From: Histomonas meleagridis 2922-C6/04-290x
Taxonomy: Eukaryota > Protista > Parabasalia
NCBI GenBank assembly: GCA_020184695.1
Contig: JAANOX010000087.1
Coordinates: 186,001-250,000, forward strand
Length of the DNA: 64,000 nt
Direction: 5' to 3'
The notes below the pieces were generated by a model. It ran no database searches. It was not told the DNA's origin and saw nothing but the letters and a program-made list of their open reading frames with translations. Position 1 is the first letter of the stretch. The number at the start of each line of letters is the position of its first letter. This document shows, piece by piece, positions 22,330-33,900 of the stretch. A program made the translations under genes and the position numbers.

Positions 22330-23340
22330 TATCTTTTCTTTACTTTGTTTCAATAATCTTAAAGCCAAAAAATATTATTATGATCAAAGATGCATTGAAA
22401 AGCATTAGTAGATGAAGAACTTCTTATGTTATGTTTATTTTAAATAAAATAATAAACATAAAAACATGAAATAGCCTAATGTTTTGGTTGTTCATTAATT
22501 TCTATTTCCAAATAATTGGCAGTATTTTGGTTGATCTCTACATGGAGCATGCTAATAAGTAAATAAACTATAAATGATTTTAAAAAGTATAAAATTATTT
22601 AAGAAATTATCTTGTTCTTTCTTTCAAGAAATAATTTAACAATTTCTGTGGAACCACTTTGAGCTGCCAGAATAAGTAGTGACCAAAATAAACAAAACAA
22701 ATACAAACATCATATAAAAAACACCAAAATTGAAAAAGATACTCCAATAGAGCAAAATAAGCATTTGAAGCAGTAATACTTTATTGGAAATATTTTTGTA
22801 AGAGGTGTTGTATGATACCTGATGACATTTCCTCTAAATCCAACAAAGTTCATTTCAAGCTCAGATTTTCTATGTTGTATTTCAATGTCTTCATCGATTG
22901 TTTTAAATTTATATTCATAAATATATTTAAAGATGTTATTTCTATGAAACATAATTGCTGATTCATATGCACTTTCAAATTTAACATGATTTTGTTCGTA
23001 AAAAATGAACAATATCAAGATTTCATCTTGTAATTGCATATTTGCCTGTATTATCTATTTTAGCAACATTTAATAATAAACATTTAAAGCATTTTATTGC
23101 CCCTAAAAATGCAGCATTCTCAATCAATGAAATATTCCATTTGTTAATGAATGAACAAGTTTCATATATTGATGGTTTAATTACCTTATTATAATCAAAA
23201 TTATTTTGTGGAGATATTTCTTGAAGTTTTTCGACATTGTCATTTGGGATTTCAGATTCATTAATTCCTTCTGAGATATATTTCTTATGAAGTTCATAAT
23301 CGTTTACTGTAAGTTTATCATAATAACATCACTATAAAGT
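22330..23340 (-). pseudogene. 5'-truncated DUF3447-ankyrin pseudogene
   Basis: YELHKKYISEGINESE...KPSIYETCSFINKWNISLIENAAFLGAIKCFKCLL followed by a stop and a frameshift, then FESAYESAIMFHRNNIFKYIYE. Confidence 0.75.
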
Positions 23341-23400
23341 GTAAATGGTGGATAAAAGATCTCAAAGAATTACATATTACAGTCTTTTTGCTGGCTTCAT

Positions 23401-23961
23401 TTACTTAATGTAAGTTGCCTTGCAAAGTTGTTCCTTTTGGCCAACTTTGGACCTGTCTCTCGATTTTCCAATAGCAACAGCCATACGTAACTTTCCTTCT
23501 CCAATGCCTAAGAACTTTTCCAGACCTTTTGTATTACCCCAAAGTAATGAGCCAAGGCATAAGGTGTCCAAACCAAAAGCACGAACAGAACCCATTATTG
23601 ACATGCTAATGATTCCTGCATCGATATCCTTGAAAAGTGGATCAGTAGCTCGTTCATTTTCCACCAAGAAGATAACGCAAGGAGCATCGCCTGTGATGAC
23701 GTTTGTGCATCCATATTCTTGAATTCGTTTGTTGAAGCTATCTTGCATGTTTTTATCCCACGAGTCAAAAATGATCTTTGTCGCTTCATTAATCTTTTGC
23801 CTGTTTGTTACAACTAGGAGGTCAATGTCTTGATAATTACATGCAGTTGGGGAAGAAAGAACAACTTCAATGATTTTTTGAAGATCTTCTTCAGGTATTT
23901 CATAGTTTGCATCAAAGTTGCGGTAACTCCTTCTTGATCTTAGTGCTTCAAGAACATCCAT
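23401..23961 (-). CDS. Nitroreductase-family flavoprotein
   Basis: RSRRSYRNF, SPTACNYQ, DIDAGIISMSIM...GLDTLCLG. Confidence 0.9.
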   Translation of the reverse strand: MDVLEALRSRRSYRNFDANYEIPEEDLQKIIEVVLSSPTACNYQDIDLLVVTNRQKINEATKIIFDSWDKNMQDSFNKRIQEYGCTNVITGDAPCVIFLVENERATDPLFKDIDAGIISMSIMGSVRAFGLDTLCLGSLLWGNTKGLEKFLGIGEGKLRMAVAIGKSRDRSKVGQKEQLCKATYIK

Positions 23962-24720
23962 GAATAAAAATGAATAAACAATAAATCACATCACTCATGT
24001 GGGAAAATATCGTAACTTCTCAATTATTGGCATGTCACTTCACGTCAATACCAATTCAAAATTCAAAGAACTCACAAAATTTGATAGTGTCCACTTTTTC
24101 TTAATCAACGTCAAAAATATCGTTCTGTGGGATCGAACAAAAGTTAAATAGAAATCCAAAATAACCTATCAGATTAGCATCTTGAAAAGTAATTTAAATA
24201 TTTGAGAATGTTCAACAGTTGTAACTTAATTGATGATATAAAAATCAACTTAATTGAAAATTAAATGAAACAAAGTATATATATTAGTTTTATTGAATGA
24301 AATATCAAGATTAAGCTTTTTTTCAATATATATTAACCGTATTTAAATCTTCTATATGATATTATACAATAATTTTATGCATCAAGTGTATTAAGAACAT
24401 TGAGTATTATTAAACTTTATATGTTTTATATTGCAAGCAAAAAAAAATATTAAAATTGATTGAAAAAATCTAATGATCATATTTCAAAACAAATTTGTTA
24501 TCATTGGGATATTAGAAATGCATTATTGTTTAAGCAAAGAAAGTATTGCAATCCTGCTGGTGAAGTGTCTAGCCGATAGAGAAATTGACGTCAATTAGCA
24601 AACGATTGTTTTCTATTCAATTTTTGAATTGCTGAATTTCAGTATTTACAAAAAATTTAATTTTTATTCAATAACAATATAATGACAAAATGTAACATTA
24701 GAAGCGAGCCATGTTATAAC

Positions 24721-25785
24721 TTACATTCCTTCCAATTTCGGCTGCTTCATATCGCATAGATATCTCTCGAGCATCACAAGCATATTGTCGTTCTTCTCCT
24801 TCGTCAGCTCGAGCCATTCTTTCCAATATCTTTCGTGCTCTCTCATTTCTTCTCTCATTTTTGGTACCCTATATGACTTTATTGGCGCGTTATATTGGTC
24901 AAGAACTTCCTGTAACCTTTTAGTGTATTTACGACTTATTTCTTTCCTTCGCATTTTATCTTTTATTTCTGCTTTTCGCATCTCTTCATGTTTTTTCTGT
25001 TTCTTTATACAACATTCTTTCTTAAGCTGAGATGCTCGAGTAGGTCTATCACTAAATAGCTTGTCCTTATACTTCTGATATGCAAGCCGCTTAAGACGAA
25101 GTTCTTCTTGCGCTTGGATGCGGCGGTTCTCCTCGGCTTTTTCTAAACGTTCTCTACGGTTTTGATCGACGCGCTCTTTTTCGTGGGAAAAGTAATCGTT
25201 GAGAGCTTCGTCTTTCATAGCCTGTTTTTGAATCCTTCTCTGATCTTTCCGGTAGGCTTTTTCACGGCGCTTATGGATAGCTTCTTCATTACGTTTGTAG
25301 ATTTCTGGAATATCTTCAGGTATTAGTTCTTTCGGTATGTACAATTGATTGAGCTCAAATTCTTGGTGTTGTTTCTCTTGCATTTGTATTTGTTTTTGCA
25401 CTTGATTAGATTTTTCAGTTTCTTTAATTATTTGTTTGATTCGCTGATGAAGTGGTTTAGTTGCTAGCTCTCGATGGATTTCGGAAACATTACTTATGTT
25501 AATTTTTCTTGGTGATTTTTTCTCCACAGGTGGAACATATTCTTCTTTGGGAGATGGGGTTTTTTTAGCATAATAAACAGAAGGAATATGGTTTTTAATT
25601 GGTTTTCTTTGAAATTTAGGATATTTAGATATTGGTTTGTCTTTGGGATATTCATAATCTTTTGTCTGAATGACAGTATAATCATTCAAATCGTTGGAAC
25701 TCGAAGAAGAGCTGGTGTTATCGCTACTATCATTGTAAAACACCTCCTTGATGACATCGATTGGAATATCCCCTTCTTTCTCCAT
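24721..25785 (-). CDS. Coiled-coil hypothetical protein
   Basis: 354-aa ORF rich in K/E/R/Q heptad-like segments. Confidence 0.7.
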   Translation of the reverse strand: MEKEGDIPIDVIKEVFYNDSSDNTSSSSSSNDLNDYTVIQTKDYEYPKDKPISKYPKFQRKPIKNHIPSVYYAKKTPSPKEEYVPPVEKKSPRKINISNVSEIHRELATKPLHQRIKQIIKETEKSNQVQKQIQMQEKQHQEFELNQLYIPKELIPEDIPEIYKRNEEAIHKRREKAYRKDQRRIQKQAMKDEALNDYFSHEKERVDQNRRERLEKAEENRRIQAQEELRLKRLAYQKYKDKLFSDRPTRASQLKKECCIKKQKKHEEMRKAEIKDKMRRKEISRKYTKRLQEVLDQYNAPIKSYRVPKMREEMREHERYWKEWLELTKEKNDNMLVMLERYLCDMKQPKLEGM

Positions 25786-26786
25786 GGAGCGCGCTAAAAC
25801 CGTTTAAAATCCAATAATGCCACTTTTTGAAATTGAGAGGTTTGGAAGTGTCATTTTTTGATCGGCTTCGGTGGAAATATATTTCAAAAGTGGAATAATT
25901 GATTGCAAAAAATAAGGATCCTTGTAATCAATGGTATTAATTGTATATTTATTCAACTTCATAAGATATAATTGACAAAACCATATACACTATAAAATAT
26001 CAAACATTTTTTATGCACAATTTTTTCTTCTTCAACCTATCAATGATATTTTTCTAAAAACAATTTTGAGTTTATTGATGCGTTCTATGATTTTTTTGTT
26101 GAGTAATGAATTGGACAAATTGAAGCTCAATAGTGAACAAATTGAAAAATCTTTAATAGACAAAATGAGGTATATGTATATAAATATTATAATTCAAAAC
26201 AAAGCTTCAATGAATGACTTTCTTATCAAGTTCGACAGTTTTTCATTGTGTTTATAGATATCATATTACAAAACAGATTTACTTAAATATCGTATAGTAT
26301 TGAGCCGCCTCATGGATATCCATTACGTTCCTTGTGTAACTTCTCCAAATTCTAAGTTAACTTTTTTGTTGTCATCTTGTTATCTTTTTTATTTGATAGA
26401 TAATTTTTAAATGTAAGAATACCTTCCATTACTTACACTTGATCTTTAACAGGAATTTCATTTTGTTGTTGAATTCTTTGTTTGAGGCTTTTGATTCTAT
26501 CTATCGATTGAACATCAAATTGTAATGTTTCACCTTTTACAGTATTCTATTGACTAAATATGTTAGTGGAGATAAATTTTTTCATGTGTGTTCTTAGCTA
26601 AAATAATTAAATCAAACTGTAGAACTGTTCTAAAATTCGGAAAATGTTTGAAGTATTCACAAATATTGTGGAAAAATATTTAATTTCGATTTCACAGGAT
26701 CATTAAACACAACAAAAATGAAAGAAAACGTTTAAATATTTTTATATTTTCCTTTTTATAGATAAAACAAAAGTTAATATTAACTT

Positions 26787-29700
26787 TTATGTTACATATT
26801 TCACAATTTCACCAGACAAATAATCGTCGGTTAATTTTTCTAATTTTTCTTCAGACAAAAACACCTCAAACCCATTACCAAATCCAATATTTTCATTTCC
26901 GAGTAAGTCCACGTATACAGATGGCACGTTATACTTATATTGATATCTTTTATATCTACATAACAATAAAACATTTGAATTTTCTATATTTAAAGCCAAA
27001 AAAAGATGGAAATCATCATTTGAATTCGCATAACTTTGAAAATATTTACTGGTTAATATATTTCCATCATCCAAACATATGTAATATTCTTTTATATCCG
27101 ACAAAATTTCTTGACATAAATTATATGGCTCTTTTCCTAAATACAAAAAATTCTTTGGCAATTTAATAAATTCGAATTTTTCAAATGTATACTCATTTCT
27201 ATTATATTTTATTTTATATCTTTTACATAATTTTTCATTTGTTAATTCTATTTCCCAATGAATATCTTCTTCATAATTTAAAACAAAATACTCAGTTAAC
27301 CTGATGCGTCTTAAGAATAAATTTAATTCTTTATCATTAAGTTTAATTATATATTTATTTATAATTTCATGAAATTTTGTTTCAGGTGAATCACATTTTA
27401 TTAAATCGAATATAAATTCTTGGAAAATTGAATTCGGTTCTATATTAAACTCAGTGTTTTTCATATAAATAACTTTCAAATTTAAAAATAAGTTTCGTGC
27501 TAAATAAAAATATTTTTTATTCTCTAAACATAATACATTTGATCTTAATCGAACTTCATAGATAATAAACACACTACAAAATGATAAAAATATTTGATTC
27601 ATATTCACAAAATTTTTCTCAAATTCATTCACAGCATTAATAACTATTTCATTATTCAAATCATTTCGATTATCAAGTTTCGGTAGAGATAAATTCCTAA
27701 TAAATCTATCAATAGGACATTTAAAGTTTAAACATTTCGAATGCATTAAATGTGTACATAATGTAAAACATTGGATTTCATTAGCAACATAATTATCATA
27801 TTTAAGAGGTATAGAAGACGAATACATATAAAGTGGATAACTTAAAATTTCGTTTTCATTAATAATTGTTTTACATAAACAACATTCATCAAAACCATTT
27901 CCGTCAATTTCAAAATTATTTTCTTGTTCAAATTGTTCCATTTTTGTATTAAATGAATTTAAAATTGATGACTTTAAATTATTTATTTTATTATTCGAAG
28001 TTTTCGTTTCGTTATTATTATTATTTGTTTTAGGTATTTCATATGATATATTCATTTGTTCAAGTGCATTTTGTCCAATTATTCCTAAACCACTTATTAA
28101 ATCGACAAATGATTTTTCGGAATAATTTTGGAATTGATATTTTTGGTACATTAATGATTCGAAATCATTTGGAATTTTTGTAGTTAATTCTTCAATAGTA
28201 TTAATTTTAATTGTATTTTTTATAATTCTATTTGAAGTTTTAGTGTAAAATTTCGATGTTGTTAATAAAAGATTTATTATAAGTTGATTTATTTCTTGTG
28301 AATTTTTACATAATAAAATATAATATTCGATAGCTAATAATGTCGGAGTGAATAATAACGAATGCAAATCCATTCCATATAGTTCATCATTAAATGGTTT
28401 AAAAGGCATTAATTCATTTGGATATTTAGAGATATATTTGGTATAAATCGACAATATTTTATTTGATTCATAATTCGGTGATAATGGATCCCATAAAGTT
28501 TTCGACTTTAACTTAAAATATATACCATTTGGGGATTGAGAAGAAGTTGAAATTTCGTCTAAATGAATTTTAACAAATTTAAGGTTTACATTTTCATCGC
28601 CTTTAAAAATTGATTTCAATGATTTAAATAATTTTTGTTTAAATAATAACTTTGAAATTATCTTTTGATTAGTTTTTTCTTTTTTGTCATTAATAATTTC
28701 TGATCTATCAAATATTAACGTTGAAATGAAATGTATGAAAATGAAATAAATTAAATCATTTTTCTCATTATCATTATCAAAAATTCCAATTGTATTAGCA
28801 ATAGTTTTAATCATTTTTTCTTTATCTCGTATAAATCCAATACAAAATTGCATTAGTACAAACAAAGGAGAAAATATATCTTTTCTTTTCATAGTTAAAA
28901 ATTTTTTTAATCCAAAACAACTTCGTAATATTTCATGATAACATAAATCCATTGATAACAAAACACGTTGTACATTTATAGAAGTCATTAATAAAAAGTT
29001 ATCAATTTCATCATTAAATATATCATTCAGAATTGTTTTAATATTTTCTTTCGATTGCATAAACAATGACTTTAATGTTACATATGGCATAACAAAAAGA
29101 GAAATTGAAGCGCCATCAAATAATGAGTTCTTCGAAAATGATTCATCCATAACATATATTTCTTTAAAATATTTATCATATTTAATAAGCGAATCTTTAA
29201 TATCCAAATTTTTGATTTTTTCAATTCTTTCATTAGGATCAGTAAATAATTTTACTTCACTAAAGAAACCATAATGAATAAATGAATTAAAATCATTACT
29301 TTGTGAATCTTGGAAAATGTTTGTGAATAAAATGGCATTTTTATCTAAAAATATATCGATAAGTCCATCTAATAATTGTTGAAAATCTTTACTAAAATAT
29401 TCACTCGAAAGAAATTGCTCTAAAATGTGAAAAGGTATACAATAATAACAAAAGATTCTCCATCTGCATATTGAGTTTTGATCAAGTGAATATGATAATT
29501 GTAATTTTTGATATTTTTTAAACTCTTCTAAAATGCATTTACAAAAATCAAAATTATATTTTTTGGAAATCTCAACTAAAACATAATTATAAGTAAAATG
29601 AAAACCTAAATTTAGCAAAAAATCTCCTTCTATCTTCATGTCATAAGTATATTGATAAACATCAAGAATTTTATTAAAATACGCATGGCCAAATTCAACT

Positions 29701-30347
29701 TTAAATAAAATATTGTTGACAAAATGACCAAAAAAATCCATAAGTACATCAACAACATTTTTTTGAGAGATGAAAAAGTGATCAATAATACTATAAAACA
29801 CATTGTATTTGCTCATTGAAGTGATTATTAAATTTTGATATTTATCCCCAATTTCACAGAATTTGATCAAAAATTTTAATATTTGAATTGAATTAAATGA
29901 ATACAATTCAAGAAAGTATGGAAGCTTTGATAAAGCAGAATCAAAAATTTGCGAAAGAAGTTCTGATATTGATGGAGGAATTTCAGATTCTTTCTGGAAA
30001 TCATGAATATGAAGTTTACATGCACCTGATGGCTTCCATTGATAATGGTCACCACAATCACAATTCCCTATGCAATTTGTATGAACAAAAATCGAATGTC
30101 CTTCATGGTTACCATTTAAATAGCAATTTAAACAAATACATCCTCTATCATTATTGGCGCAATCAGCACAATAAATTGATATTCGTGGTTTAGGCCATGC
30201 TTCTTGACATTTTGAAACATAAGTATTTGCACATAAATAATTAATAAGATCATCAAAACTAGTGAAATTTGAGTGTTGACATAGAATAGATTCAAGATTT
30301 AGGATTGGATCGTCTATTGTTTTATCTTCTTCGTTGCTTTCTTTCAT
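26787..30347 (-). CDS. UBR-box / RING E3 ubiquitin ligase (N-recognin, UBR1-like)
   Basis: UBR zinc finger CADCANNDRGCICLNCYLNGNHEGH...GNCDCGD; RING-like CCLCK...CTHLMHSKC...CPID. Confidence 0.85.
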   Translation of the reverse strand: MKESNEEDKTIDDPILNLESILCQHSNFTSFDDLINYLCANTYVSKCQEAWPKPRISIYCADCANNDRGCICLNCYLNGNHEGHSIFVHTNCIGNCDCGDHYQWKPSGACKLHIHDFQKESEIPPSISELLSQIFDSALSKLPYFLELYSFNSIQILKFLIKFCEIGDKYQNLIITSMSKYNVFYSIIDHFFISQKNVVDVLMDFFGHFVNNILFKVEFGHAYFNKILDVYQYTYDMKIEGDFLLNLGFHFTYNYVLVEISKKYNFDFCKCILEEFKKYQKLQLSYSLDQNSICRWRIFCYYCIPFHILEQFLSSEYFSKDFQQLLDGLIDIFLDKNAILFTNIFQDSQSNDFNSFIHYGFFSEVKLFTDPNERIEKIKNLDIKDSLIKYDKYFKEIYVMDESFSKNSLFDGASISLFVMPYVTLKSLFMQSKENIKTILNDIFNDEIDNFLLMTSINVQRVLLSMDLCYHEILRSCFGLKKFLTMKRKDIFSPLFVLMQFCIGFIRDKEKMIKTIANTIGIFDNDNEKNDLIYFIFIHFISTLIFDRSEIINDKKEKTNQKIISKLLFKQKLFKSLKSIFKGDENVNLKFVKIHLDEISTSSQSPNGIYFKLKSKTLWDPLSPNYESNKILSIYTKYISKYPNELMPFKPFNDELYGMDLHSLLFTPTLLAIEYYILLCKNSQEINQLIINLLLTTSKFYTKTSNRIIKNTIKINTIEELTTKIPNDFESLMYQKYQFQNYSEKSFVDLISGLGIIGQNALEQMNISYEIPKTNNNNNETKTSNNKINNLKSSILNSFNTKMEQFEQENNFEIDGNGFDECCLCKTIINENEILSYPLYMYSSSIPLKYDNYVANEIQCFTLCTHLMHSKCLNFKCPIDRFIRNLSLPKLDNRNDLNNEIVINAVNEFEKNFVNMNQIFLSFCSVFIIYEVRLRSNVLCLENKKYFYLARNLFLNLKVIYMKNTEFNIEPNSIFQEFIFDLIKCDSPETKFHEIINKYIIKLNDKELNLFLRRIRLTEYFVLNYEEDIHWEIELTNEKLCKRYKIKYNRNEYTFEKFEFIKLPKNFLYLGKEPYNLCQEILSDIKEYYICLDDGNILTSKYFQSYANSNDDFHLFLALNIENSNVLLLCRYKRYQYKYNVPSVYVDLLGNENIGFGNGFEVFLSEEKLEKLTDDYLSGEIVKYVT

Positions 30348-30914
30348 TATTCTAAGTTGAAAACGATCACTATTCTAAGAATCTTATAGAAGAAGAAAAA
30401 CACAAATTTTTTTAATTTACCTTATCGCTTATGTTTAACTTAACAAATAATGATTATTAATTCATTCGATTTACTAATAAAATTTAAGAAAATAGCACAA
30501 TAGACGAGATTTTTCTCAAGGGAAAAAATCATCCTTCAAAATTGAATTATTTTGTACGTTAAGCCAACAGAAAAGTGCGTATCACTTTTAATAAAAAGTG
30601 GCATTTTTTGAGCTAAATACGATTAAAGCCAATTCAATAAGTATTAATAAGAAAATAAATTTTTTGCTATATTTACCCCTTTAATGCGAATTTTTTCTTG
30701 TGGTTTCAATAAGATATTATTACATAATTATAATTTTAAAAAGAATATAACAACTCTTCGGGATGTGTATGGTCGTCAATTTAATTTCATTTGGAAACGA
30801 CTCCTAAATTAAGAGTAAGGGTATTTTGCATTATTAAATTTATCATAATATAAAAAAAAATGAACCTGAATGAATTTACTTCAAATTACTTTGTTAACTG
30901 ATGGATATTGTTTG

Positions 30915-33900
30915 TTACTTAGGATTTGGATATTTTTCAATTCCATCAATTGATAGAAGTGCGTTGTATATATCTTTGTGTCCATATATATATGCTTTTT
31001 TAATCGCTGTACTATATAATTTATACAAATATCAAATATAATTAATAAATTATAAGTTAACTAAATAAATATTAAAATAACAGAACAAATATCTCTCGCA
31101 TTGACATCAATTCCATCATTTTGAAGTAGTAATTTTACAATTTCTGTATAACCTTTTTCAGATGCAATTATAAGTGATGTTTTATATGTTTTAAATAATT
31201 TTCAAATATTATTTTGAAATATTATTTTATTAAATTAAATTTTATATAAAACAAATAAATATCTCTCGCATTGACATCAATTCCATCATTTTGAAGTAGT
31301 AATTTTACAATTTCTGTATAACCTTTTTCAGATGCAATTATAAGTGATGTTTTATATGTTTTAAATAATTTCCAAATATTATTTTGAAATATTATTTTAT
31401 TAAAATAAATTTTATATAAAACAAATAAATATCTCTCGCATTGACATCAATTCCATCATTTTGAAGTAGTAATTTTACAATTTCTGTATAACCTTTTTCA
31501 GATGCAATTATAAGTGATGTTTTATATGTTTTAAATAATTTTCAAATATTATTTTTAATCATTATGTTGTTATTAAAACAAATTTTAGATGAAACAAGTA
31601 AATATGTTTAGCATTAACATCAATTCCATTTTGATTTAAAAGTAATTTAACTAATTCGATACGAGATTTTTTACAAGCAACCATAAGTACTGTTTTAAAT
31701 GATTTAAATAATTTATATATATTATTATGAATCATCAAATTATTATGAAAACAAATTTTATATAAAATAAATAAACATCTCTAGTATTAACATCAATTCC
31801 TTTATGATTTAACAATAATTTAACCATTTCAATTTTATTTTCTTCACAAGCAATATAAAATAATGGATTAAATAATTATAATAATTTCCAAATATTATTT
31901 TGAAATATAAAATTATTATAATAAATTTCATATAAAACAAATAAACTTCTTTAACATTAACATCAATTCCTTTATGATTTAACAGCATTTTAAATAATTC
32001 GATTTTATTTTCTCGGTAAGCAATAAAAAGTGCTGATCTAAATAATTTAAATGAATTTTAAATATTATTTTGATATAGGAAAAAATAATTAAAATAAATT
32101 TGGAATTAAACATATAAATATTATCTTTCGCATTTACATCAATTCCTTCTTGTTCAAGAAGACATTTAATAATTTCTACATTGTTCTTATTAGTTTCATT
32201 ATATAAATAAGCTGCTATAATAAGTGCTGTTTTAAATAATTTGAATAAATTCCAAAAATAATTTTTAAATTTCAAATCATTAAAATAAAATTTAAATAAA
32301 ACAAATAAATATCTTTAACATTTACATCAATTCCTTTTTGATTAACAAGAATTTGAACTATTTCTAAGTTGCTATTTGCAGTAGCATAAATAAGTGCTGT
32401 TTTAAATAAATTGAATATTTTCCAAAAATAATTTTTTAACATTAAATATTGATAACATACTTTAGTTAAAATAAATAAATATCTTTATCATTAACATTAG
32501 TTTCTTTTAATTCAAGTAATATTTTAACTGTTTCAACAAAACCTTTTTCACATGCATATATTAGCATTGATTTATATAATTAAAATGAATATCAAAAACA
32601 TTTTTGAAACGCCAAAAAATAAAATTGAACATTAGTTATAAATAAATATTTTTAATATTCTTATCAAGTCCATCCAGTTTGCAAAGGAAACGTAATGTGT
32701 TTACAGAACCATTTATTACAGCCAAATAGAAAGCATTTTTAAATATTTAGAATAATTTCCAAATTTTATATTGAAACATCAAAATATTAATACAATATTT
32801 CTATAAAATAAAAAAAACATCAATAGTATTATATTCTAATCCTTTTTGTTTATAAAGACATTCGACTGTTTCTAAATGGTCATTTTGAGCTGCATACATA
32901 AATGCTGTTCTAAATAATTTAAATAATTTCCAAATATTATTTAGAATTATCAAATTATTAAAATAAATTTTAAATTAAACAAAAAAATGTCTTTTTCATT
33001 GATATTAAAACTTTCGTTCTCTAAAAGATATTTGATGATTTCTAAGCAGCCTTTTGTAGCAGCCCTAATAAATATATTACAAAATAATTCAAATAATTTC
33101 CAATTATACTTTTGAAATATTAAATCACCACAATAAACTTTATATAAAACAGATAAATATCTTTAACATTAATATCAACGCCTTTTTGTTTAAGAAGTAA
33201 TTTCAACATTTCTACATTGCCATATTCAGATGCATACATAAGTGCTGTATTAAATATTTTAAATAATTTCCAAATATTATTTTGAAGCATCAAATTATTC
33301 AAATAAATTTTATATAAAACAAAAAAATATCTTTAGTATTAATATCAATTCCTTTTTGTTCAAGAAGTAAATTGACTATTGTTGAACGACCACAATCAAA
33401 TGCATACATAAAAGCTGTTTTAAATATTTTGATTAATTTCCAAATATTATTTTGAAATAGAAAATTATTAAAATAAATATTAAATAAAACAAATAAATAT
33501 CTTTAACATTAACATCAATTCCTTCTTGTTCAAGAAGTAATTTGAATATTTCCATATAATTTTTTTCAATTACATACATAAGTGCTGTATAAAATAATTC
33601 AAATAATTTCCAATTGCTATTTTAAAATATTAAATTATTTTAACAAATCTTATTAATAATAAATAAATATCTTTAGAATTAACATTAATTCCTTTTTGAT
33701 TAAGAAGTAATTTAACTATATTTATTTTGCCAAATTGAGATGCTAAAATAAGTGCTGTTTTAAATATTTTATATAATTTCCAAATATTATTTTGAAATAG
33801 AAAATTATTAAAATAAATATTAAATAAAACAAATAAATATCTTTAGCATTAATATCAATTCCTTTTTGTTCAAGAAGTAATTTAACAATTTCTGTTCGAA

